Source: Scyliorhinus canicula (lineage: Eukaryota). From it: a DNA stretch of 64,000 nt. Position 1 is the first letter of the stretch. Every line of letters starts with the position of its first letter. The stretch covers positions 32,587,810-32,651,809 of the forward strand of contig NC_052152.1 of the NCBI RefSeq assembly GCF_902713615.1. The letters run 5' to 3'. The notes beneath the pieces were generated by a model. The model made no database searches. It saw only the letters and a program-made list of their open reading frames with translations, and was not told the DNA's origin. Positions 1-10,912 of the stretch are shown piece by piece. Both the position numbers and the translations under genes were made by a program.

Positions 1-80
1 CGAATCCCATTTTCTAGCACTTAATCCATAGCCTTGTTTGCTGTGGCATTTCAAGTGTTCATCTAAATGCTTCTTAATTA

Positions 81-392
81 CATAGAACATACAGTGCAGA
101 AGGAGGCCATTCGGCTCATCGAGCCTGCACCGACCCACTTAAGCCCTCACTTCCATCCTATCCCTGTAGCCCAACAACCCCTCCTAACCTTTAACTAAGG
201 GCAATTTATCATGGCCAATCCACCTAACCTGCAGGTCTTTGGACTGTGGAAGGAAACCGGAGCACCCGGAGGAAACCCACGCAGACACGGGGAGAAATTG
301 CAGATTCCGCACAGTGACCCAGCAGGAAATCGAACCTGGGACCCTGGCACTGTGAAGCCACAGTGCTATCCACTTGTGCTACCGTGCTGCCG
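81..392 (-). mobile_element. HE1-like SINE (CR1-type tail)
   Basis: tRNA-like head, ccggtttcc.cccacagtccaaaga core, (ttctatg)n tail. Confidence 0.85.
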
Positions 393-429
393 CTTGTTGT
401 TTGGGTTCCCGTCTCTGCCACCCTTTCAG

Positions 430-2560
430 GCAATGTGTTCACCCTCTGAGTGAAAACACTTTTCCTCAAGTCCACTCAAAATCTTCTGCCCATTACCTGA
501 ACTCTATGCCCCCTGGTTATTGACCCCTCAGCCAAGTGGAAAAGTTTATTCCTATTGACATTATCTATGCCCTTCATACTTTTATACACCTCAATCAGGT
601 CTTAGCTTTCTCTGCTCTAAGGAAAACAACCCCAGCCTAACCATAACCCCATAGCTGAAACACTTCAGCCCAGTCAACATCCTGGTGAATTTCCGTTGCA
701 CCCTTTATAGTGCAATCACATCCTTCCTCTTGTGTGGTGACCAGAACTGCACACAATACTCTAGCTGTGGCCTAATGAGTGTTTTACACAGCTCCATCAT
801 AATCTCCCTGCTCCTATATTCTGTGCCTCAACTAATAAAGGGAAGTATTCCGTATGCCTTCTGAACCACTTTATCTACCTCTCCTGCTGCCTTCAGGGAC
901 CTATGGCCATGCATCCCAATATTCCTCCAGCAGTGCTAATCATTGTGCCACTGTTCTGCCCATCTGACCAGCCTGAGTATATAACCCTGTAGTCCAAGGC
1001 TTTCCTCGTCACTCTTTACCATACCACCGATGTTTGTGTCATCTAGGAACTTACGTATCTTACCACACACATTCCCATCTAGATCATTAATGTACACTGA
1101 AGATTCTATACCCCGGAATATTGAGCTGCCAGTCCTGCCCCTCCCTCAGCCATGTCTTTGTGATAGCAATAATATCATACTCCCATGTGTTCATCAATGC
1201 CCTCAGTTCATCGGCCTTACCCGTAAGACTCCTTGCAATAAAATAAATGTCATCCAGCCCTGCCACATCCCCTTGTGGCTTAATATGTCTATCTTTGCTC
1301 TGCCTTCCAGACTGACTTGGGTTTTCTTCTATTTATTAGCTGTACATGACCCCCTACTGTACCTCCACACTGTGATCTATCTCTCTGCCAAATTAGTTCA
1401 AACCCCCACCCCCTCAGCAGCACAAGCAAACCTCCCCACAAGGATATTGGTCCCATTTTGAATCAGGTGCAACTCATCCGACTTGTACAGACCCCACTTT
1501 CCCCAGAAATGGACCCAATGATCCAGAAACTACAGCTCTTCCTCCTGCACCATCGCTTCAGCCGCACATTCATCCTCCTATTCCTATACTCACTGGCATG
1601 TGACACTGGGAATGATCCAGAGAATACATCCTTTGAGATCCTGCTTTTCAATCTGCTACCTAGTTCCTTAAATTCTTGCTGTAGGACTCATTCCTCTTTT
1701 TACCCACATCTTTGGTACCAATGTGAACCATGACCTCAGGCTGTTCACCCTCCCCCTTCAAAACACCCTGTAGCCGTTCAGTGACATCCTTGATCCTGGC
1801 ACTGGGAAGGCAGCACATCATCATGGAGTCATGTCTGCAGCTGCAGAAACACCATCTGCAGCCTTCACTATTGAGTCTTCTATTGCCCTTCCACTCTTAC
1901 TCCTCTTGTGCAGCTGAGCTGAAATGAAAAAAAATGAAAATGAATGAAAATCGCTTATTGTCACGAGTAGGCTTCAATGAAGTTACTGTGAAAAGCCCCT
2001 AGTCGCCACATTCCGGCGCCTGTCCGGGGTGGCTGGTACGGGAATCGAACCGTGCTGCTGGCCTGCTTGGTCTGCTTTAAAAGCTAGCGATTTAGCTGAG
2101 TGAGCTAAACCAGCCCCTAAACCAGCTAGCCACAGTGCTGTGAGTCTGGGTGTAGCTGCACCCCCCAGAGGAACCATCACTCTTACTTTTCCAACACAGA
2201 AAAACAGTTATCAAGCGAGATGCACTCTGGGGCTTTCCTGACTACCTGCCTGCCCTCCTCCAGACTGGTGGTCACACATTCCCTGTCTGACTGCACTTAC
2301 TTAAGGTGCGGGGTGCCCACATCTAAAAAACGTGCTATCCACAATCCTCTCAGCCTCACGCATGCACCGCTATGCCTCCAACCGATGCTCAAGCTCTGAA
2401 ATCTGGCTCTCAAGCTGATTAAACTGGTGTCACTTCCTGCAAATGTGATCATCCCGATTACACGGAGGTTCTAGGAATTCCCACATACTGCAGGCTGGGC
2501 AAAACACGGGTCTGAGCTCCGTAATACTTTCAATTAAAAAATGTTGCATTAATTCTATTC
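430..2560 (-). mobile_element. Degraded, internally deleted CR1-clade LINE
   Basis: SGNH-esterase ORF1 remnant (KSRISKDVFSG..PVSHASEYRN) and RT/3' remnants similar to the CR1 copy at 36.5-40 kb. Confidence 0.7.
1921..2118 (-). mobile_element. tRNA-derived SINE, family 2 (gggctggtttagc head, (atttc)n tail)
   Basis: Near-identical to copies at 19177, 28502 and 53278. Confidence 0.85.
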
Positions 2561-2764
2561 CAAGTCAAAGAATTATTTAAGTTATTTTTTGAAAAGCTGG
2601 AACTCTTACCTTTCCTTAACATAGCTTTAAGTTGGTGAAAAACAACTTACCCATTATTTACCAATCATCTCTCTCCTTTGTAGCCCCTACTCCAGCTCTA
2701 GGTGTTGCTGACTGTTCTAGAGTTCTCCTCTTGCACTCTCCTCTAGATGCTGCCACTACTACAC

Positions 2765-3822
2765 CTCTATCTCTCTGCTCTTTATTGAAGTCTTGCCTCC
2801 CTCTCTCTCCGCTCTTTATTGAAGTCTCACCTCTCTCTCTCTGTTTGTTATTGAAGTTTCACCTCTCTCTGTGTTCTTTATTGAAGTCTCACCTCTCTCT
2901 CCCTCTGCTCTTTATTGAAGTCTCACCTCTCTCTCCCTCTGCTCTTTTTTGAAGTCTCACCTCTCTCTCCCTCTAATCTTTATTGAAGTCGCACCTCTCT
3001 CTCCCTCTGCTCTTTATTGAAGTCTCACCTCTCTCTCTCTCTGTTTGTTATTGACGTCTCACCTCTCTCTCTGTTCTTTATTGAAGCTTCACCTCTCTCT
3101 CCCTCTGCTCTTTATTGAAGTCTCACCTCTCTCTTTTATTACACTCCTGTATTATCTTGATATACTACGGAGCGTAATATGTGTTACTCAAACCTTGGTT
3201 ACTGATGAGGTCTTCTGAATCTCGATGAAGTAGACTCAAACTCGTCCAGTAGTAACAAAAGGTTTATTGAGTAACTGTAACAATAATTGTGTGAGTTCTT
3301 TACTTTAACATTGATACTAGTGATAAGGTTAACAAGATCTAACTACAAGTAACTGCACTTGACTCCACTAACCATCTGAGCTAATCCGATCCTCCTGTCC
3401 TGGTCACAGTCCATCCGAGAGAGAGAGAACTAATGTGGTTGCCTTTATACCTCTGTTGGTCCGGCCCTCTAGTGATCATGTGGTGCTACTGATTACACAT
3501 TAACTCCTTATATACAGGCACATACAGAGGTCACTACACTTTCTGCGCTCTTTATTGAAGTCTCACCTCTCTCTGTTCTTTATTGAAGCCTTGTTTCTTT
3601 CTCTGCTCTTTATTGAAGTTTCACCTCTCTCTCTCTCTTCTTTATTGAAGTCTCACCTCTCTCTCTCTTTGATCTTTATTGAAGTCTCACCTCTCCCTCT
3701 CTCTCTTCTTTATTGAAGTCTCACCTCTCTCTCTCTTCTTTATTGAAGTCTCGCCTCTCTCTCTGCTCTTTATTGACGTCTCACCTCAAGTCTCGCCTCT
3801 CTCTGTGCTCTTTATTGAAATC
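2765..3822. repeat. Minisatellite, unit about 34 bp (tctttattgaagtctcacctctctctccctctgc), interrupted by a solo LTR
   Basis: Direct inspection. Confidence 0.9.
3137..3538 (-). mobile_element. Solo LTR
   Basis: Begins TGTAGTG on the minus strand; TATA-like site at about 3445, then AATAAA at about 3265; candidate CTTT TSD at 3133-3136 and 3539-3542. Confidence 0.6.
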
Positions 3823-3849
3823 ACAATAGCTCAATAATTATGTGCCCAT

Positions 3850-4556
3850 GTTGATTGAAGCATCAGTTGCTTGGTAGATACAAATGCCAGCAACTATAAT
3901 GCAATGTTCGCTGGATATGAGGTGCGCGCCCAGCAGGTGAGGGTGACAACTTTGCAGTTCAGGTGTCTTTCAGCCATGTGGGAATTCAGAACTTTGGGGT
4001 ATTAATCTGTCTTGGATGGGACTGCAAGATGGGCAATAGTGCAATCAGGAGTTTGTTCTGCACTCTGTTTAACATTCTTTCCAGTCAATACCCCATTGAC
4101 TACACACCACAAGCAGGCAACCAGCCCCCCCCCCCCCCCCCCCCCAACCGCACCACCAGTCTGAACCTTGTTTTTATTCCTTCTGATACACAAGAACTGC
4201 TACCTGGTTAAGCATTGGTGTGGGAAGATAACGTACAAAAGGAGAAAGAGACTGATGAAGAAGAAATACCATAGCTGAATCTGACACTCTCAGCCACCGT
4301 TAGAGGCACCCCATGTACTTTACGGGGTAGCATATAGAGGCACTGGTGAGTCACTGGGCTCAATTGGGCAATAGCCAAATTAAGTTGAAAGGATGGTACA
4401 ACTGTCAGCTCTCCATGCAGGGGACATAGTCTCAGATGGGTTCTGCCGTAGGGGACTCAGATAAGGACTTTGATAGAATGCAGTACAAGAGAAGACTGAT
4501 GAGCATGCACACAGAAATACTTGATGCATTTTCAGGTCTGCTAGAAGATCTGATGT
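3850..4556 (+). mobile_element. Old repeat fragment, possibly Harbinger-related (Myb/SANT accessory ORF remnant)
   Basis: The peptide DSDKDFD...YKRRLMSMHTEILDA resembles a shark interspersed repeat from memory only. Confidence 0.25.
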
Positions 4557-4557
4557 C

Positions 4558-6145
4558 GACTTCCGGTTGCGGCTATGCGGAGCTAAGCCGCACGATCAGC
4601 GGCTCCCGCTATCATCGGACTCTTGGGCTCTTTTTAGGGCCCGTATCGGCACTTGACAGACTTTTCCCGGTGCGGGAAGGCATCAACAATGCTTCCCTGC
4701 CGGTGGATGGACTGGACCAGGAGCGGGGCGATAAAGAAATCGGCACTGGAGCAGAGAAAGGTGCGAGGGAGGAAGACCAAGATGGCTGTGGGCGGGGAAC
4801 CGGCAGCGTGGACGCAGTGGCCGCAGGTGCAGCAGGAGCTGCTCCAACACTGCTTCAGGGAGCTTCAGGCTGAGCTGCTGGAACCGCTAAAGGCCTCATT
4901 AGACAAGCTCCTGGCGACCCAGACGGCCCAGGGGGCGGAGCTCCGTGAGATCCGGCAAAAGGCCTCAGAGAACGAGGATTAAATCCTAGGCCTGGCGGTG
5001 AAGGTGGAGGCGCACGAGGCGCTCCACAAGAAATGGCAGGCGAGGCTGGAGGAAATGGAGAACTGCTTGCGGCGGAAGAATCTGCGGATCCTGGGCCTCC
5101 CGGAGGGATCGGACCTGGGGGTCTATGTGGTCACCATGCTGAACTCGCTGATGGGAGCGGGGTCCTTCCAAGGGCCCTTGGAGCTGGTGGGGTCCCCCCG
5201 GGTGCTGGTGAGGAAGCCCAAGCCCAGCGAGCCGCCAAGGGCAGTGCTGGTGTGGTTTCGCCGGTTCGTCGATCGAGAATGTGTGCTCAGGTGGGCCAAG
5301 AAGGAGCAGAGCAGCAGGTGGGAGAATGCGGAGGTCCGAATCTACCAGGACTGGAGCGCGGATGTGGCGAGGAAAAGGGCCGGTTATAATCGGTCGAAAG
5401 CAGTGGTGCACAGGAGAGGGGTGAAGTTTGGCTCGTTACAGCCGGCGCGCCTTTGGGTCACCTATAAAGACTGTCATCATTACTTTGACTCCCCGGAGGA
5501 GGCCTGAGGCTTTATTCAGGCAAAAAAGCTGGATTCAGATTAAGGGTTGAGGTGTGGTCGGGGATTGTTGTATAGTGTTTTGGGTATTTTCTTCCTTGTT
5601 CCTTTGTTTCTGAGGGAGTTTGTGGGATGTTTTGTATGCCCGTCGGACGGGCTCGGGGGAAGGGGGGGGAGGGTGTTGGGTTGGGAGGGGTTGAAGGTCG
5701 GTGAAGGTGGATGGGGTCTCGGGGGAGGGTTGGGGGGTCTGGGGAGTTTGTCCTGGAAAGGGAGCAGCGCCAGAGAGGGCGGGGCCGGCCGAGCGGGTGG
5801 CGCGGGCTTTTTCCCGCGCTACCAAAGCGGGAGGGTAGGAGCAGTGTTACACTGAGGAGGGGGGGGGGGTCATTGGCGTGGCGGGAGCGGCCAGGGTCAG
5901 CAGGAGTCGGCTGACTTATGGGAGTACAATGAGAGGAGCAACGCAGCTAGGGGGGGCCCAAGCTAGGGTGGGAAGGGGGGTAGTGGGGGGGGAGGGGGGT
6001 ACCGGGTTGCTGCTGGAAGGGCCGAAGGGGAACTGAGGCCTTTAGGATGGGTCGGGATGAAGATTTGCCACTGTGGGGAACGGGCCGTGCGGGGGACGTG
6101 GGCATGTGGCTGGCCTCGGAAGAGCTATGGCTGATGGGCGGCGGG

Positions 6146-6178
<33 letters not shown>

Positions 6179-7040
6179 GAATAGCCCCCCCGATTCAGCT
6201 GGTCGCCTGGAATGTGAGGGGTCTGAATGGGCCGGTCAAGCGGGCCCGGGTGGTCGCGCATCTGAAGGGGCTGAGGGCGGATGTGGCCATGCTCAAGGAG
6301 ACTCACCTTAGGGTGATGGATCAGGTAAGATTGAGAAAGGGGTGGGTTGGGCAAGTGTTCCATTCGGGGTTAGATGCAAAGATCTGGGGGGTGGCGATTT
6401 TGGTGGGGAAGAGAGTGTCGTTTGTGGCATCGAGTGTGGTGGCGGATAGCTGTGGCAGAAATGTGATGGTAAGAGATAAGCTCCAGGGTGAGGGTGGTGC
6501 TGGTCAATGTGTACGCCCCGAACTGGGATGATGCGGGCTTCACATGGCGTATGTTGGGCCGGATTCCAGACCTTGAGACAGGGGGTTTAATATTGGGCCC
6601 AGCACTCGATCGCTCTCGGTCCAGGACGGGTAGGAGGCAGGCGTGGGCCAAAGTGCTGAGGGGGTTCAGATGGGAAGGGTGGATCCTTGGAGATTCATGA
6701 GGCCGGGGGTTAGGGAATTTTCGTTCTTCTCCCATGTCCACAAGGCTTATTCCCGGATTGACGTTTTTGTTTTGAGCAGGGCGTTGATTCCGAGGGTGGA
6801 AGGTGCGATAGTCATTTCATGCTCCGCATTGCGTAGACCTTGAGTTGGGGGAGGGGAGGGACCAACGTCCGATGTGGCGGTTAGAGGTGGGGCTGCTGTC
6901 GGACAAGGAGGTGTGCGGGCGGGTCCGGAGGTGTATGGGGGGTACCTAGAAATTAACAATAACGGGGAGGTCCAGGTGGGGGTGGTCTGGGAGGGGCTGA
7001 AGGTGGTGGTTAGGGGTGAGCTGATCTCCATCAGGGCGCA
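4558..7040 (+). mobile_element. L1-clade LINE, 5' part (5'UTR, broken ORF1, ORF2 APE endonuclease), 3'-truncated
   Basis: ORF1 motifs LEEMENCLRRKNLRILGLPEG and IYQDWSADVARKR; ORF2 motifs WNVRGLNGPVKR, LKETHL, NVYAPN, YSRIDVF; stops and frameshifts present. Confidence 0.9.
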
Positions 7041-7150
7041 TATAGAACATAGAACATAGAGTGCAGAAGAAGGCCATTCGGCCCATCGAGTCTGCACCGA
7101 CTCACTTAAGCCCTCACTTCTACCCTATCCCGGTAACCCAATAACCCCTC
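7041..7150 (-). mobile_element. HE1-like SINE 3' fragment
   Basis: Matches 81-185. Confidence 0.8.
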
Positions 7151-7232
7151 TGTGGATGCGGTCGGTTCCGATGGTGGTATATCCGGGAGCATGGTTGACT
7201 GAGCCTTTGCCCACCTTGGGGGGGGGGGGGTA

Positions 7233-9278
7233 TCAGGGGTGATTAGGGTGATCGGTGCCGGCTGGGGGGCAGAGGGCGCTATGGGGGGGCGCCGTCGGAG
7301 ACGGCGGTCGGTGCGGGGCGGGGAGCGTCGGTAGGGGGGGGGGGTCAGTGGGGAAAACGTCGGGGTCGGTGGGAGAGTCGGTGGGGTCGGTGGGAGAGCC
7401 AGCGGATGCCAGGTCTCGCAGGGAGACGGTATCCTGCCTGCCGTCGGGGTGCTCGACGTAGGCGTATTGAGGGTTTTCGTGCAGCAGGTGGACCCTCTCG
7501 ACTACTGGATCCATTTTATGGCTCCTCACGTGTCTCCGGAGTAGGACTGGACCCGGAGTCGTCAGCCAGGGTGGAAGCGAGACCCCAGAGGTGGACTTCC
7601 TGGGGAAGACAAACAAACGATTGTGAGGGGTCTCATTCACGGCCATACAGAGGAGTGACCTAATGGAGTGCAGGGCATCGGGTAGGACCTTCTGCCTGCG
7701 GGCGATTGGGAGACTCCTTGACCGTAGGGCTAGGAGGACAGCCTTCCAAACTGTCGCGTTCTCCCTCTCCACTTGCCCGTTTCCCTGCGGGTTATATTTC
7801 GTCATTCTGCTCGAGCTGAGCAGGTACCGACGCAACTCATCGCTCATGAACAATGTACCCCGGTCGCTGTGGATATAAGTGGGGAAACCAAACAGTGTGA
7901 ATATGTTGCGCAGTGACTTGATCACGGAGGCAGAGGTCATATCGGGGCAGGGGACAGCAAAAGGGAAGAGGGAGAACTCATCGATGACGGTGAGGAAATA
8001 GATGTTGCGGTTGGTGGATGGGAGGGGCCCTTTGAATTCCACACTTAGTCGCTCAAAGGGCCCAGAGGCCTTTATCAGGTGGGCCTTGTCTGGTCGATAG
8101 AATTGCGGTTTGCATTCCGCACAGATCTGGCATGCTTTAGTCATGGCCTTGACCTCCCCTGTGGAGTAGGGTAGGTTGCGGGACTTGATGAAGTGGGCAA
8201 GCTGGGTGACCCCCGGGTGGCAAGGGTCATCGTGGATGGATCTCAGGTGGTCCAATTGCACATTGGCGCACGTGCCGCGGGACAGGGCATCTGGGGACTC
8301 GTTGAGCTTCCCCGGGCGATATTTAATATCGTACGTATAGGTGGAGAGCTCTATTCTCCACCTCAGAATTTTGTCATTCTTTATTTTGCCCCATTGCGCG
8401 TTATCGAACATAAAGGCGACCGACCGTTGGTCGGTGACGAGGGTGAACCTCCTACCGGCTAGGTAGTTCCTCCAGTGTCGCACGGCCTCCACTATGGCTT
8501 GTGTCTCCTTCTCGACTGCAGAGTGCCGGATATCCAAGGCGTTGAGGGTTCGGGAGAAGAACGCTACTGGTCCGCCCGCCAGGTTGAGGGTAGCAGCCAG
8601 GGCGACGTCTGATGCGTCGCTTTCTACTTGGAAGGGGATGGCTTCGTCCACCACGTGCATGGCAGCCTTGCTGATGTCGGCCTTGATACGGCTGAAAGCC
8701 GACTGGGCCTCAGCCGTCAGGGAAAAAAACATGGTCTTAATGAGTGGTCGGGCTTTGTCCGCATACCTGGGGACCCACTGGGCGTAATAGGAGAAAAGGC
8801 CCAAGCACCATTTGAGTGCCTTGAGGCTACGGGGAAGTAAAAGTTCCTTTAGGGGACGCATGCGGTCGGGGTCTGGGCCTAGGACCCCGTTTTCCACGAC
8901 GTAGCCGAGGATGGCTAGCCGGGTTGTGTGAAACACGCATTTCTCTTTGTTGTACGTGAGGTTGAGGGCCCGGGCAGTCTGGAGGAACCTCCTCAGGTTT
9001 GCTTTGTGGTCCTGCTGATCATGGCCGCAGATGGTGACGTTGTCCAAGTACGGGAAGGTGGCCCGTAAGCCGTACTGGTCCACCATATGATCCATTGCCC
9101 TCTGGAAAACGGAGACTCCGTTTGTGACACCAAAAGGGACCCTGAGGAAGTGAAACAGCCGACCGGCTGCTTCGAAAGCTGTGTAGGGGCGGTCCTGTGG
9201 GCGGATAAGGAGTTGACGATAGGCCGATTTAAGGTCGACTGTGGAGAATACCCGATACTGGGCGATTTGGGTCACCAT
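7233..9278 (-). pseudogene. Gypsy pol (RT, RNase H, integrase)
   Basis: DLKSAY, VPFGVTN, YLDN, RNase H and integrase motifs; separated from the upstream ORF by a stop and apparent 1-bp deletions. Confidence 0.88.
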
Positions 9279-9358
9279 TTCTGCTATGCGGGGAAGTGGA
9301 TACGCATCGAGTTGCGTAAACGGTTTATGGTCTGGCTATAATCCACGACCATTCGCTG

Positions 9359-10912
9359 CTATTCCCCGGAGCGGACTACCAATACTTGAGCCCTCCAAGG
9401 GCTGTTGCTGGCCTCTATGACCCCCTCTTTTAGTAGCCGCTGAACCTCTGACTTGATGAAAGTCATGTCTTGGGTACTGTACCGGCGACTCTTGGTGGCG
9501 ACGGGCTTACAGTCGGGAGTGAGGTTCGCGAAGAGGGAGGGTGGCGCAACTTTGAGTGTCGCCAGGCTGCAGACGGTGAGTGGGGGCAGGGGCCCACTGA
9601 ACTTCAGTGTCAGGCTCCGGTGGCTGCACTGAAAGTCCAGACCAAGCAGCGGGGGGGAGCAGCGGCGAGGGAGGATGAAAAGTTTAAATTGGATGTATTC
9701 AGCGCCTTGAATTGCGAGGTCAGCGACACAATACCCCGTGATTTGTACCGAGTGGGACCCCGAAGCGAGGGCGATAGTTTGGGAGCCGGGGTGGGTGCAC
9801 AGGGAGCAGCGCCTTACCGTGTCTAGATGGATAAAGCTCTCCGTGCTCCCGGAGTCGAATAGGCAGGGAGTGTCGTGGCCGTTGACTTGAACCCACATCA
9901 TCGAGTTCCGCAGGTGCTTTGGCCGCGATTGATTGAGTGTGATCGCTCCTAGTTGTAGGCCGTCAGAGTCGAACTCACAAAATGGCCACCCGGAGTCACA
10001 AGATGGCCGCCGCCGCCGGTCGAACGTGTCGGGTTTCGAAGATGGCCGCCGCCAAGATGGCCGCTGCCATGACTTGCACGAGGTTGATGACGTGTCGGAG
10101 GTCGGGTTGCGGGGTCGGTGAGACCAGGAGCTTGATTTCTGGGCCTTGTGGGGATTTTGTTTGTGGCCTTTGGGCCCAGCCAGGCAGACTTTAGCGAAGT
10201 GCCCTTTCTTCCCGCAGTCATTGCAGATCGCGGAGTGGACCGGGCAACGCTGACGTGGGTGCTGACCTTGCCCACAGAAATAGCATGGGGAACCCCCGGA
10301 GTGGGCGGATCGCCGAGCGGCACAGGCCTGTAGCGTGGCCGAGTCTGGAGGGGATCGAGAGGGGTTTGCAAGGTCCACGGAGTACGTACGGAGGTTACGG
10401 TGTGCCGTTTCGAGAGAAGAGGCGAGCGTTAACGTGCCCTGGAGATCCTTTGCCCCATCTTCTGGGAGCCGCTGCCGGATGTACGAGGACCTGATACCAG
10501 ACACAAGGGCGTCGCGAATATGCAAGTTCCTGTGGTCTTCTGCCGTCACTGCTTTGTGGTCGCAGTTCCTCGCGAGCGCAGTGAGTCTTTCCACGAACTG
10601 GTCCAGTGTTTCCCCAGAACGCTGGCTGCAGGTTGAGAGCAAATGTCTGGCGTGTACCTTGTTAGTAGGTTTTATGAAGCGTTTCTTCAGTATTTCGACC
10701 GCCGCATCATAGGCCGTAGCGTTCTCGATCACGACGGAGAGTCGGTGGCACACCTGGCCATGTAGTAAACGCAGCTTGCGAGTGCTGTCGACATCAGTCG
10801 TTGAGGAGTTCAGATAGTCCTCGAAACACCGGAGCCAATATTTAAACATTTCAGGGGCTTCTGGCGACCTGGCGTCCAGGTTGAGTTTCTCCGGTTTTAG
10901 AACGCTGTCCAT
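9359..10912 (-). pseudogene. Gypsy gag-protease-RT N-terminal part, ending at a premature TAG
   Basis: CYFCGQGQHPRQRC, CNDCGKKGHFAKVC, LFDSGS, SNSPW. The RT motif MVVDYSQTIN continues after the TAG. Confidence 0.85.

Noticed and set aside
2765-3822. CRISPR-like repeat-spacer appearance
   Set aside because: Eukaryotic context, spacers are (CT)n rather than unique, and there are no cas genes.
9340-9361. TAG between the Gypsy ORFs as programmed read-through
   Set aside because: It falls inside the RT N-terminus rather than at the gag end, and is followed by apparent 1-bp deletions, so decay is the simpler explanation.
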